Source: Alphaproteobacteria bacterium
GTDB taxonomy: Bacteria > Pseudomonadota > Alphaproteobacteria > MPNO01 > UBA830
Length of the DNA: 64,000 bases
Reading direction: 5' to 3'
Assembly: GCA_964291215.2 (NCBI GenBank)
Contig: OZ219790.1
Location: forward strand, 800,001-864,000
Below are positions 1 to 10,818 of the stretch, in pieces. Position 1 is the first letter of the stretch; every line of letters starts with the position of its first letter. The notes below the pieces were generated by a model. It searched no databases. It was given only the letters and a program-made list of their open reading frames with translations, and had not been told where the DNA came from. The position numbers were made by a program, and so were the translations under genes.

Positions 1-3000
1 CCGGAACGTCATCGGCATCGAAGCCGCTGGCATTGCGCGCCGACAGCGTCAGGCGCACCGTCAGGCTGCCCGTCAGCGCCCGGTCGGCGGTCACCGCGAG
101 GCGGATGTCCTGCCCCTCGGTCACCGCCGCAGGGTCCCGCGCCAGGGTCAGCACCGGCAACAGCGTCGTGTCCGTCACCGTCACCGCCACCGGATCGATG
201 GTCACCGAACCGTAGCCGCCGCCGCTCGCGCCGTGGGTCAGCACCGCCGTGTCGTCGGTCGTGTCCTCGTCTCGGGCCGCATTTACCGTCACCGTCTGCG
301 CCGTGTCCCAGTTGGCGGTCGTGAAGGTCAGGCTGGCCGGTTCCACCGTCACGTCCCCCGACGCGCCGCCCACCGTCACCGTGACATCGCCCGAGGGTTC
401 CGCGTCCAGCACCACCGTGTAGGCCGCGCTGCTGCCCTCCGACACCCTCAGCGCGGTCGGCGTCACCGTCACGCTTCCGTCTGCGGCGGGGGTCGTGGGC
501 GTCGTCGCGGGAGGCGCGGGCGCCGCGGGAGCCGCCGGCGTCGCCGTCACTGGCGCATCCGGACCGGCGCCGTTGCCGGCCCCGTTCACCGCGCGCACCT
601 CGAACTGGTAGGCGGTGCCGTTGGTCAGCCCGCTCACCTCGTGGCTGGTGGTGCCCGCATCGGAGCCGGCAATGTCCTCCCACTCGCCCCACTCGCCGCC
701 GCCGGCCTTCTGCCGGTATTGCCACTTCGTGATGGTGGGGTTGTCCGGGTCGGTCCAGCTCAGCGTCACCTGCCTGTTGCCCGCCGCGGCGGCAAGGCCG
801 GCCGGCTTCCCGGGCGCCACATCCTTCTCCGCCACGCTCACCACCACATCGGCGATGGTCACCGAGCCATAGCCGCCGCCAGACGCGCTGTGGGTCAGCG
901 TCACGTCGGCATCCGTCACCGTGTCCGTGTCCGTGCCTGCGTTCACCGTCACCGTCTGCGGCTGATTCCAGTCGGTCCGGGTAAAGGTCAGCGCGCTCTG
1001 GTTGCCGGTCATGACGGCGTCGGTGTCCACCGTCACGTCACCCGACGCGTCGCCCACCGTGATCGTCACATCCGATGTCGGCGGCGTGTTCAGCCGCATC
1101 GTGTACGTCCTGCTGCCGCCTTCCGCCACCGTCAGCGCCGCCGTCGACACCGTCACCCCCGGCGTATCGGCCACCGTCACGTCCACCGTGCCCGCATCCG
1201 GGATCGCATCCGCAGAAGCCCCCGTCAGACGGAAGGCGTGGTTGATCACCGCCGTGCCGTTCGCCACACCGGTCACCGTCACCGTCCGCGCCGTGTTGTA
1301 GTTGCTGGTGGTAAACGTCAGGCTCGCCGGGCGCACCGTCGCCGCCGCCGTGGCGTCGCTCGTCACCCGCAGCGTCCCCGCATACGCCTTCGTCAGCGCC
1401 ACCGTGTAGGTCGCCGTGGAACCGGGCGCCACCGTCACCGGCGTCCCGGTCAGCGTGAGTGCCGCCGTCGCGGTGTTCTTGAAGGTCACCGTGCGGATGT
1501 TCGACCAGGGGCCATTCAGGACCGCGTTGGATGAATCATAGCCCGTTGCCCGAACCCGGACCTCGACCGAAGCGCCGTCGGGATATTCATCCGTGGCAAT
1601 CAGATTGCTGCGGCTCCCGGCTTTGTCTCTGGTATTGGACTGGGTGAAAGTTTGATCCGTCCAGGTGGTCTCACCCTTCAGCCGGGTTTGCGCGCCCCAC
1701 CAATAGAACCTGACCGCGTTCCTCACATAGTCGTCCGCATCGGATACATTGTTTGAACCGCCGGCATGGGTCCAGGTGAGGGCAATCTGCTGGCTCGTCG
1801 TCGAGGTCGCCGCCGTCAGCACCGGGGCCACCGGATCGGTCTTCGCCGTCACCTCGTCCGACCACACCGACTGCACCCCGGGACGGACTGCGGCGAACAG
1901 GCGGAACGTGTAGTCCGTCCCCTTCGTCAGACCCGTCACCCGGGCGCTCGTCCGGCTGCCGCCCGTGAGCGTCGTGGTCGTGTTCCAGCCGCCCGAACTC
2001 TTGTACTGGTAGCCCCAGCTCGTTATCGGAATGCCCGTCAGGGCGTTCCAGCTCAGGGTGACCGAGGCATCGCCCCCCGCCGCCGTCAGGACCGGCTTGG
2101 GAACCGTATTCGTCGGCGTCGCCTTCACCTCGTCCGACCACACCGATGTCCGCGGCGACGCGCCGCCGGTGCGCGCCCACAGGCGAAACTTGTACTCCGT
2201 GCCGATCGTCAGACCCGTCACCGTGGCGCTCGTCGTGCTGGCGCCCGTGACAATCCGGGTCCTGCTCCAGCTGCCGCCCGCGGGCTTGTACTGGTAGCCC
2301 CAGCTCGCAATCGTGAAACCCGACAGCGCGCTCCAGCTCAGGGTGACCCGGGCGTAACCCGGTTCGGCGCTCAGCACCGGCGCCGGCGGCTGCGGATTGG
2401 CCGGCGTCGCGCGCACCACCGCCGACACGGCGCCGTTGCCGCCGTCGTTCACCGCCCGGATGCGGAAGCGGTACTCGCTGTCGTTGTCCAGACCCGTCAC
2501 CGTGTGGCTCACCGTGTCCGCGTCCGAACCGGAGATGTCGGACCAGCTTTCCCAGGCGGCGCTGCCCTTCCTCCGCTGCACCCGGTACCGCGTGATCGAA
2601 TCGTCGTCCGGATCGGTCCAGGTCAGCTCCACCTGACGGTTGCCCGCCTCCGCCGACAACCCCGCCGGCGCGGCGGGGACGGCGGTGGTGGGGGTGCTGC
2701 TGCCCGTTGGCGTGGCAGTTGCCTGGCTTTCGAGACCTTTACCCGCATTGTTCACCGCTCGTACCTCGAAGGTATAACTTGAGCCCCCATCCAATCCACT
2801 CACCGTGTGGCTCTCCGTGCTGGCGCCGGAGCCTGGTATGGCGGTCCATTCGCTCCATGCAGCGCCTGTCTTGAGGTATCTCACTTCATAGCCGGTGATG
2901 GTGCCAGGGGGCTTGGTCCACGCGAGACTTACCTGCCTGTTGCCCGCCGTCGCCCTCAAGTTCCTTGGCTGCGCCAGGGTGGGGGTGACGCTCGCTGATG

Positions 3001-3578
3001 TTCCCGTGTCCGTGATCTTGACGGCGGTTGTATCCGAAATTGACGGGTAGCCTCCCCCGGACACTGCGTAGGTGATGGTGGCATCCTCATCATCCTCATC
3101 CGTGTCACCCGCCGCACTCACGGTCATGTTCTGGTCCTTGCCCCAGTTTGTGGTGCTGAATGTCAGGGATGCGGGGCTAAAACTCAGATCGCCATTGGTG
3201 CTGCCGGGCGTCACTGTCACCGGACCCGTACCACGGCTGATAAGCCTGATAGAGTAGGTTTTGGAACCGCCCTCGTTTACGGTAAGAAAGGCTCCAGAAA
3301 GGAGCGTATGCAAGAGGCCACTCCGCACATTTCCTGACCCCGTTGCCTTGGTACTGAAACGGGATCCATCGGTGGCCTGAAGTTCCACGTAGTAGGTATA
3401 GTTCGTACTTAACCCGGTGATCGTGTGGCTGGTGGTGCCGGCACCGCTGATGGCACTCCAATCGTTCCAGGTGGTCCCTGACGTTCCCGCCTGACCATGG
3501 CGCACACGCCAGCCGGTCCTGTTGCTGTCCGTGGGGGCCGTCCAGCTCAGATACAGACGGTCCGGACCGGGAACAACC
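1..3578 (-). pseudogene. Downstream part of a giant FN3/Calx-beta-like repeat surface protein (adhesin-like), disrupted by IS66; continues past the left edge
   Basis: Manual minus-strand translation at several points gives repeated FN3 motifs (RLYLSWTAPTDSNRTGWRVRH...HTITGLSTNYTYYVELQA; HTVSGLDGGSSYTFEVRAVN) and Calx-like modules. The same frame holds at spot checks near 2, 1661, 2771, 3248 and 3570. It joins 8438-9288 in frame once the IS and one target copy are removed. Confidence 0.85.
3571..3578. repeat. 8-bp target-site duplication GAACAACC (left copy; right copy at 8430-8437)
   Basis: Identical GAACAACC lies immediately outside both outer IS ends; 8 bp is the typical IS66 duplication length. 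Confidence 0.95.
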
Positions 3579-3676
3579 GTAAGCCTTCGGCGTAGACCGC
3601 CTGTCGCATTTCTCCGGGATCGGTGAGGGTGCGCGCTCGGATGTGGGCGCGCGTCGTAAGTGCCCACGAAGGATAA

Positions 3677-3822
3677 GTGGACACTATGGGGATGTCGGAC
3701 ACAGCCGAGCATGCGGGTTCCGGGGTCGACGGTCGGGGGCGCCGCCGTCGCCGTCGGTGGAGCGAGGCGCGCAAGCGCCTGATCGTTGCGGAGAGCTATC
3801 AGCCCGGGGTTTCGGTTTCGGT
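3677..3822 (+). pseudogene. tnpA: Truncated IS66 tnpA (outer copy)
   Basis: Same sequence as the 5' part of 3921-4343, cut at the second left IR. Confidence 0.85.
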
Positions 3823-3920
3823 GTAAGCCTTCGGCGTAGACCGCCTGTCGCATTTCTCCGGGATCGGTGAGGGTGCGCGCTCGGATGTGGGCGCGCGTCG
3901 TAAGTGCCCACGAAGGATAA

Positions 3921-4343
3921 GTGGACACTATGGGGATGTCGGACACAGCCGAGCATGCGGGTTCCGGGGTCGACGGTCGGGGGCGCCGCCGTCGCCGTCG
4001 GTGGAGCGAGGCGCGCAAGCGCCTGATCGTTGCGGAGAGCTATCAGCCCGGGGTTTCGGTTTCGGTGGTGGCGCGCCGACATGACGTGAACGCGAACCTG
4101 GTCTTCAGCTGGCGGCGCCAGTATCGGGAGCTGGCGCGGGTGGTGGGCGGCTTCGTTCCGGTGGTTGTCTCTTCGACGGAAGGGGTGGAGCCGGCAAGGC
4201 TGCTGCCGGCGCCGCCGGATATCGAGCCGTCTGCCTCCGGACGGATCGGGATTGCGCTGGCGGACGGCTCGCGGGTGACGGTCGACCGGGACGTGGACGC
4301 GGCGGCGCTGTCTCGGGTTCTCGGGGTTCTGGAGCGGCGATGA
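3921..4343 (+). CDS. tnpA: IS66 accessory protein TnpA (HTH)
   Basis: RRRRWSEARKRLIVAESYQPGVSVSVVARRHDVNANLVFSWRR HTH_Tnp_1-like motif; first ORF of the IS. Confidence 0.92.
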   Translation: MDTMGMSDTAEHAGSGVDGRGRRRRRRWSEARKRLIVAESYQPGVSVSVVARRHDVNANLVFSWRRQYRELARVVGGFVPVVVSSTEGVEPARLLPAPPDIEPSASGRIGIALADGSRVTVDRDVDAAALSRVLGVLERR

Positions 4344-4687
4344 TCCCGGTTCCGAGCGGGGCGCGGGTCTGGCTTGCGACGGGCGTGACGGACATGCGGC
4401 GCGGGATGAACACGCTGGCGCTGCAGGTGCAGCAGGGGCTGGGCCGCGATCCGCATGCAGGCGACCTCTTCATATTCCGCGGACGCAAAGGCGATCTTTT
4501 GAAGATCCTCTGGCATGACGGGGTCGGGACCTCGCTCTACGCCAAGCGCCTGGAGCGGGGCCGGTTCCAGTGGCCGGTGACGTCGGGCGGTGCGGTGTCG
4601 ATCAGCGCGGCGCAGCTGGGCTATTTGCTGGAAGGGATCGATTGGAGGAACCCGGTTCGGACCTGGCGCCCGTCGCGGGCCGGCTGA
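4340..4687 (+). CDS. tnpB: IS66 accessory protein TnpB
   Basis: VWLATGVTDMRRG...LFIFRGRKGDLLKILWHDG...KRLERGRFQWP signature. Confidence 0.95.
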   Translation: MIPVPSGARVWLATGVTDMRRGMNTLALQVQQGLGRDPHAGDLFIFRGRKGDLLKILWHDGVGTSLYAKRLERGRFQWPVTSGGAVSISAAQLGYLLEGIDWRNPVRTWRPSRAG

Positions 4688-4758
4688 CAGGCGGCAAATG
4701 GACTCATCCGACAGGATGGCGATGGCGGCGGACCGGTAGTTGTGATTCGCTTCCGGGC

Positions 4759-6360
4759 ATGCCGGACGGATCGGACATCAACGCGCTGAAGGCGGCGCTG
4801 GCTGCGGCGGAAGTCAAGGCGACCGAGGCCGAGGCGCGGGCCGCGAACGCCGAAGCGCAGATCGCCTCCCTGAAGCTGATGATCGAGAAGCTCCGGCGCG
4901 AGCTCTTCGGCCAGCGATCGGAGCGCAAGCAGCGTCTTCTCGACCAGATGGAGCTCCAGCTCGACGAGCTTGAGGCGAACGCGACGGAGGACGAGTTGGC
5001 GGCCGAACAGGCGGCTGCCGGCACGACGCAGGTCAAGGCGTTCACCCGCCGCCGCTCCGGCCGCAAGCCGTTCCCCGAACATCTGCCGCGCGAGCGTGTC
5101 GTAGTGCCCGCGCCGACATCGTGCGAGTGCTGCGGCTCGCAGAAGCTCTCGAAGATCGGCGAGGACGTCACCGAGACGCTGGAGGTCATTCCGCGCCAGT
5201 GGAAGGTGATCCAGACGGTGCGCGAGAAGTTCACATGCCGGGACTGCGAGAAGATCAGCCAGCCGCCGGCACCGTTCCACCCGACACCGCGCGGCTGGGC
5301 GGGCCCCAACCTGCTGGCCATGATCCTGTTCGAGAAGTTCGGGCAGCATCAGCCGCTGAACCGCCAGCGCGACCGCTATGCGCGCGAGGGCGTCGACCTC
5401 AGCCTGTCGACCCTGGCCGACCAGGTGGGCGCCTGCACGGTGGCGCTGAGGCCGCTGCACGACCTGATCGCAGACCATGTGCTGGCGGCCGAACGCCTGC
5501 ATGGCGACGACACCCCGGTGCCGGTGCTGGCCAGGGGCAAGACCGACAAGGGCCGGGCCTGGGTCTATGTGCGTGACGACAGGCCGTTCGGCGGTCCGGA
5601 CCCGCCCGCGGCTCTGTTCCGCTACTCGCGGAACCGCTCGGGCGATCATCCGGTCGAGCATCTTCGCGACTTCGCCGGCATCCTCCAGGCCGACAGTTTC
5701 GCCGGCTACAACCGCCTCTATGCGGTCGGGCGAGTGCCGGGGCCTGTTACCGGGATCCCCTGTTGGGCACACGGGCGCCGCAAATTTTTCGAACTCGCCG
5801 ACATTGCGGCCAGCAAGGGGCGCGGCAGGAACGCGCCGCCGATCTCGCCGCTCGCGATGGAGGCGGTGAAGCGGATCGACGTGCTGTTCGACATCGAGCG
5901 CTCCATCAACGGCGAGACCGCCGCGCGGCGCCATGCCGTCCGCCAGGAACTGAGCGCGCCGGTCCTGGCCGAACTCGAGACCTGGATGAAGGCCGAGCGC
6001 GCAAAGCTCTCCCGCCATTCCCCCGTGGCCAAGGCCATGGACTACATGCTCAGGCGATGGGACCGCTTCGCCCGCTTCCTCGACGATGGGCGCATCTGCC
6101 TGTCAAATAATGCCGCTGAGAGGGCGCTCAGAGGTATTGCCCTGGGTCGGAAGTCATGGCTGTTCGCCGGCTCCGACCGCGGCGGCAGGCGCGCCGCAGC
6201 CATGTACACCCTCATCGGCACCGCAAAGCTCAACAACGTCGATCCCCAGGCCTGGCTCGCCGACGTGCTCAAGCGCATTGCCGGCACCCCGCAGAACCGC
6301 CTCGGCGAACTTCTTCCCTGGAACTGGCAGGACAGCCGGCGGCACGACCAAGCCGCATAA
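4759..6360 (+). CDS. tnpC: IS66 DDE transposase TnpC
   Basis: Coiled coil, FGQRSER, zinc finger CECCG...CRDC, HGDDTPV, LQADSF, CWAHGRRKF and SNNAAERALR motifs. Start placed at ATG 4759 (inferred). Confidence 0.95.
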   Translation: MPDGSDINALKAALAAAEVKATEAEARAANAEAQIASLKLMIEKLRRELFGQRSERKQRLLDQMELQLDELEANATEDELAAEQAAAGTTQVKAFTRRRSGRKPFPEHLPRERVVVPAPTSCECCGSQKLSKIGEDVTETLEVIPRQWKVIQTVREKFTCRDCEKISQPPAPFHPTPRGWAGPNLLAMILFEKFGQHQPLNRQRDRYAREGVDLSLSTLADQVGACTVALRPLHDLIADHVLAAERLHGDDTPVPVLARGKTDKGRAWVYVRDDRPFGGPDPPAALFRYSRNRSGDHPVEHLRDFAGILQADSFAGYNRLYAVGRVPGPVTGIPCWAHGRRKFFELADIAASKGRGRNAPPISPLAMEAVKRIDVLFDIERSINGETAARRHAVRQELSAPVLAELETWMKAERAKLSRHSPVAKAMDYMLRRWDRFARFLDDGRICLSNNAAERALRGIALGRKSWLFAGSDRGGRRAAAMYTLIGTAKLNNVDPQAWLADVLKRIAGTPQNRLGELLPWNWQDSRRHDQAA

Positions 6361-6449
6361 CCAAAGACCCCGCCTGACGGTCCCCGATCAACTCCACGCC
6401 CGCCACAAACTCAGACCTCGATACCCTGCGGTCTTCGGCGGATGCTTAC

Positions 6450-6667
6450 TCATATTCCGCGGACGCAAAGGCGATCTTTTGAAGATCCTCTGGCATGACG
6501 GGGTCGGGACCTCGCTCTACGCCAAGCGCCTGGAGCGGGGCCGGTTCCAGTGGCCGGTGACGTCGGGCGGTGCGGTGTCGATCAGCGCGGCGCAGCTGGG
6601 CTATTTGCTGGAAGGGATCGATTGGAGGAACCCGGTTCGGACCTGGCGCCCGTCGCGGGCCGGCTGA
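6450..6667 (+). pseudogene. tnpB: 5'-truncated IS66 tnpB (outer copy)
   Basis: Same sequence as 4470-4687; lacks the N-terminal region. Confidence 0.88.
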
Positions 6668-6738
6668 CAGGCGGCAAATGGACTCATCCGACAGGATGGC
6701 GATGGCGGCGGACCGGTAGTTGTGATTCGCTTCCGGGC

Positions 6739-8340
6739 ATGCCGGACGGATCGGACATCAACGCGCTGAAGGCGGCGCTGGCTGCGGCGGAAGTCAAGGC
6801 GACCGAGGCCGAGGCGCGGGCCGCGAACGCCGAAGCGCAGATCGCCTCCCTGAAGCTGATGATCGAGAAGCTCCGGCGCGAGCTCTTCGGCCAGCGATCG
6901 GAGCGCAAGCAGCGTCTTCTCGACCAGATGGAGCTCCAGCTCGACGAGCTTGAGGCGAACGCGACGGAGGACGAGTTGGCGGCCGAACAGGCGGCTGCCG
7001 GCACGACGCAGGTCAAGGCGTTCACCCGCCGCCGCTCCGGCCGCAAGCCGTTCCCCGAACATCTGCCGCGCGAGCGTGTCGTAGTGCCCGCGCCGACATC
7101 GTGCGAGTGCTGCGGCTCGCAGAAGCTCTCGAAGATCGGCGAGGACGTCACCGAGACGCTGGAGGTCATTCCGCGCCAGTGGAAGGTGATCCAGACGGTG
7201 CGCGAGAAGTTCACATGCCGGGACTGCGAGAAGATCAGCCAGCCGCCGGCACCGTTCCACCCGACACCGCGCGGCTGGGCGGGCCCCAACCTGCTGGCCA
7301 TGATCCTGTTCGAGAAGTTCGGGCAGCATCAGCCGCTGAACCGCCAGCGCGACCGCTATGCGCGCGAGGGCGTCGACCTCAGCCTGTCGACCCTGGCCGA
7401 CCAGGTGGGCGCCTGCACGGTGGCGCTGAGGCCGCTGCACGACCTGATCGCAGACCATGTGCTGGCGGCCGAACGCCTGCATGGCGACGACACCCCGGTG
7501 CCGGTGCTGGCCAGGGGCAAGACCGACAAGGGCCGGGCCTGGGTCTATGTGCGTGACGACAGGCCGTTCGGCGGGCCGGACCCGCCCGCGGCTCTGTTCC
7601 GCTACTCGCGGAACCGCTCGGGCGATCATCCGGTCGAGCATCTTCGCGACTTCGCCGGCATCCTCCAGGCCGACAGTTTCGCCGGCTACAACCGCCTCTA
7701 TGCGGTCGGGCGAGTGCCGGGGCCTGTTACCGGGATCCCCTGTTGGGCACACGGGCGCCGCAAATTTTTCGAACTCGCCGACATTGCGGCCAGCAAGGGG
7801 CGCGGCAGGAACGCGCCGCCGATCTCGCCGCTCGCGATGGAGGCGGTGAAGCGGATCGACGTGCTGTTCGACATCGAGCGCTCCATCAACGGCGAGACCG
7901 CCGCGCGGCGCCATGCCGTCCGCCAGGAACTGAGCGCGCCGGTCCTGGCCGAACTCGAGACCTGGATGAAGGCCGAGCGCGCAAAGCTCTCCCGCCATTC
8001 CCCCGTGGCCAAGGCCATGGACTACATGCTCAGGCGATGGGACCGCTTCGCCCGCTTCCTCGACGATGGGCGCATCTGCCTGTCAAATAATGCCGCTGAG
8101 AGGGCGCTCAGAGGTATTGCCCTGGGTCGGAAGTCATGGCTGTTCGCCGGCTCCGACCGCGGCGGCAGGCGCGCCGCAGCCATGTACACCCTCATCGGCA
8201 CCGCAAAGCTCAACAACGTCGATCCCCAGGCCTGGCTCGCCGACGTGCTCAAGCGCATTGCCGGCACCCCGCAGAACCGCCTCGGCGAACTTCTTCCCTG
8301 GAACTGGCAGGACAGCCGGCGGCACGACCAAGCCGCATAA
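6739..8340 (+). CDS. tnpC: IS66 transposase TnpC, second copy
   Basis: Protein identical to 4759-6360; one synonymous difference seen (GGT at about 5595 versus GGG at about 7575). Confidence 0.93.
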   Translation: MPDGSDINALKAALAAAEVKATEAEARAANAEAQIASLKLMIEKLRRELFGQRSERKQRLLDQMELQLDELEANATEDELAAEQAAAGTTQVKAFTRRRSGRKPFPEHLPRERVVVPAPTSCECCGSQKLSKIGEDVTETLEVIPRQWKVIQTVREKFTCRDCEKISQPPAPFHPTPRGWAGPNLLAMILFEKFGQHQPLNRQRDRYAREGVDLSLSTLADQVGACTVALRPLHDLIADHVLAAERLHGDDTPVPVLARGKTDKGRAWVYVRDDRPFGGPDPPAALFRYSRNRSGDHPVEHLRDFAGILQADSFAGYNRLYAVGRVPGPVTGIPCWAHGRRKFFELADIAASKGRGRNAPPISPLAMEAVKRIDVLFDIERSINGETAARRHAVRQELSAPVLAELETWMKAERAKLSRHSPVAKAMDYMLRRWDRFARFLDDGRICLSNNAAERALRGIALGRKSWLFAGSDRGGRRAAAMYTLIGTAKLNNVDPQAWLADVLKRIAGTPQNRLGELLPWNWQDSRRHDQAA

Positions 8341-8429
8341 CCAAAGACCCCGCCTGACGGTCCCCGATCAACTCCACGCCCGCCACAAACTCAGACCTCG
8401 ATACCCTGCGGTCTTCGGCGGATGCTTAC

Positions 8430-9350
8430 GAACAACCGTCAGTCCTGTCGGGGGCTTCAGGGCGGTGGGGGGATCGTCGTCGTCGGTGATGGTCAGGGTG
8501 AGTTTGCCGGAGGTCCAGCCGAACTTGTAACCAAGCAGCTTGATGGTCTCGTTCGGCTCGTCCCGGGTGTCGCCAAGAATGCGCACGGTCTGCGTGCCCT
8601 GCGTCTCGTCCTCGGCGATGGAGACGGTGGCGCCGCCTGCGGCCGGAAAGCAGTAATCAGTGTCCGCCGGAGACACGGGCGGGCCGCATCCGGACGTGCC
8701 GTGAGGAAGTGCTGTGCCAGAGTCAATGTCGAGAGCAACGGTGATCGAAAAGCCCGCCGGCGCTCCCTCGCCGAGCGTGGCGGTCACCGTCACGTCCGTA
8801 AAGCCGGTGTTGCCCTCGGTGATCGAGGTCGAGGACGCCGACAGGGTGATCGTCTTGGTGGAAGCGGGCGCCGTTGGCGTCGCGGTGACCTGGTTGCTTG
8901 GGTTAGAATTAGCGCCGCTGTTGTGGCGCGCCAACTGGAAGGTGTAGGCAGTGCCGTTGTCCAGCCCCGAGACAGTGTGGGTTCGGACTGAAATCCCGCC
9001 GGGGATAACCTGCCAACTGCCGTACCCGGCCGCGCCTTTCTTCTGTCGATACGACCAGGAGGGATTGGTGAGACCGGAGGGGACATTGGTCCAGGTGAGC
9101 GTCACCTGCCCATTGCCCGCCGTGGCGGTAAGTGTAGTAGCAACAGCAGCCTGCGGCGCGAGGGCAGCGGCGAAGGTCAGCAGAAATAAGGCAGCGAATG
9201 CCGCCTTCAGGCGGCGGGCGGTTCTCCCGAGGGCGCCCACCGGTTCAGCCCCGCACCCTGACTCTTCGGGGGGGGGGGGGGGGTACAACGAGTTCAGGTT
9301 CGCGCGCGCGTGAGGCGCTCACGCGCCGCTCGAAGAGCCGCAGGTCATGC
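8430..9350 (-). pseudogene. 5' part of the FN3 surface-protein gene (leader, signal peptide, FN3, Calx-beta-like), out of frame at a poly-C tract and cut by IS66
   Basis: Signal-like RRLKAAFAALFLLTFAAALAPQAAVA, then TATAGNGQVTLTW...HTVSGLDNGTAYTFQL (FN3) and GDTRDEPNETIKL...LTITDDD (Calx-like). The start is either TTG 9288 or ATG at about 9350 upstream of the C16 tract. Confidence 0.82.
9268..9283. repeat. G16 homopolymer (C16 on the coding strand), candidate phase-variation tract
   Basis: Run of 16 G in ...ACTCTTC-G16-TACAACG within the 5' end of the surface-protein gene. Confidence 0.85.
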
Positions 9351-9776
9351 ATCCCGACATCGCCCGGCATCCGCGTCATGACCTCATCCTCCCGTGCCGA
9401 ATTCCAAACCTGCGCCGCGCCCGCACGGCCGCAGCGAACCCGCCGGTGCAACCCATAACCCGTCCGCAGGCCGGTTTCAATGCGCGCTGCGCCCGACAGC
9501 CCGGCAGCCGGACATCCTGCCATCGGCAAGCGCTGCCGCCTACGGGCAGGCCGCTTCCGGAACCGCCCGGCGTTTCCCTGGCTGGCGGCGACCTCGAAGA
9601 CCCCGGCGGATCCGGTCGGCGCCGACCGCACACTGCCGCCCTGCGCCGGCCCCCCGTGCGGCGCGCCGGCACAAGCTCCCCCGGCACGATGAGGAAAGGG
9701 CCGCGGAGGGTTCGGGTGAACGGCCGGGCGCCCGGAGGGAGCCCGCGCCGCATTTCCGCCATTCCGGAGGCCGCCG

Positions 9777-10796
9777 ATGACCGACACCGTTTCCGCCGAC
9801 TACACGCTGCGCCCGAGCGAGCTTGCGCCGACCCTGGCGCTGCTGGTCGAGGCCCGCCAGCCCTGTATCCTTTGGGGCGCGCCGGGCTGCGCCAAGAGCG
9901 CGCTCGCGCAGCAGGCCGCCGCCGAGGGTTCGCGCCGCTATGTCGACGTGCGCGCGCTGCTGCTCGATCCGGTGGACCTGCGCGGCATCCCGTGGCGCGA
10001 TGCGGACGGGCGCACCCGCTGGGCGCCGCCCGCCTTCCTGCCGCCGGCGGACGACCCCGGCCGCTGGCTCATCAACCTGGAGGAACTGCCGTCCGCCGTG
10101 CCGATGGTGCAGGCGGCGCTCTACCAGCTGGTGCTCGACCGCAAGGTGGGCGAATACGAGCTGCCCGAGGGCGCCTCGCTGATCGCCTGCGGCAACCGCG
10201 AGAGCGACCGCGGCGTGGTCCACCGCATGCCGACGCCGCTGGCCTCGCGCTTCGTCCATCTGGAGGTCCGGGTGGACGCGGAAGACTGGCTCGCCTGGGG
10301 GGCGGCCAACGGCATCGCGCCCGAGGTGCTGTTCTACATCCGGATGCGCCCCGACCTGCTGCACTGCTTCGATCCGCAGGCGAAGGAGAAGGCGTTCTGC
10401 TGCCCCCGGACCTGGGAGATGGTCTCCGGCATCGTCAACCGGCGCGCCGGTCCCGACCCCTCCGTAGAGCGGGCGCTGTTCCGGGGCACGGTGGGCGAGG
10501 CGGCGGCGGTGGAGTTCTCGGCCTTCCTGAAGGTGTGGCGCGAACTGCCCCATCCCCGGGCCGTGCTCGACGATCCCGGGAACGCGGTCGTGCCGGACAA
10601 CGCCAGCGCGCTGATCGCGCTCTGCGGCGCGCTCTACCGCATGGCCGACGACATCACGCTCGACGCCATCGTCACCTATGCCGGGCGCCTGCGCCGCGAG
10701 GTCGGCGAGTTCCTGGTCGGGTCCTGCATCCGGCGCGACCCCGCCCTCCAGCACTCGCCCGCCTTCATCCGCTGGGCCGCCGCACGCACGCAATGA
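9777..10796 (+). CDS. MoxR-like AAA+ ATPase
   Basis: ILWGAPGCAKS (Walker A variant), DPVDLRGIP, LINLEEL (Walker B variant), LYQLVLDRKVGEYELP, PLASRF, PRTW; GGAGG RBS. Confidence 0.85.
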   Translation: MTDTVSADYTLRPSELAPTLALLVEARQPCILWGAPGCAKSALAQQAAAEGSRRYVDVRALLLDPVDLRGIPWRDADGRTRWAPPAFLPPADDPGRWLINLEELPSAVPMVQAALYQLVLDRKVGEYELPEGASLIACGNRESDRGVVHRMPTPLASRFVHLEVRVDAEDWLAWGAANGIAPEVLFYIRMRPDLLHCFDPQAKEKAFCCPRTWEMVSGIVNRRAGPDPSVERALFRGTVGEAAAVEFSAFLKVWRELPHPRAVLDDPGNAVVPDNASALIALCGALYRMADDITLDAIVTYAGRLRREVGEFLVGSCIRRDPALQHSPAFIRWAAARTQ

Positions 10797-10818
10797 CCGC
10801 CCCTTCAGGAGGACACCG

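Larger units (their letters stand above)
3579..8429 (+). mobile_element. Composite IS66-family element: intact 2627-bp copy (3823-6449) nested within a deleted outer copy (3579-3822 plus 6450-8429)
   Basis: Left IR GTAAGCCTTCGGCGTAGACCGC at 3579 and 3823; right IR (reverse complement GTAAGCATCCGCCGAAGACCGC) ending at 6449 and 8429. 3579-3822 repeats 3823-4066 and 6450-8429 repeats 4470-6449. Confidence 0.95.

Noticed and set aside
6086-6667. Novel 193-aa TnpB fusion
   Set aside because: Chance read-through across the nested-IS junction into the truncated tnpB.
8368-8429. C-terminus of a complete 306-aa protein (ORF 8368-9288)
   Set aside because: The last 20 residues are read-through into the IS66 right end; the real gene resumes at 3570.
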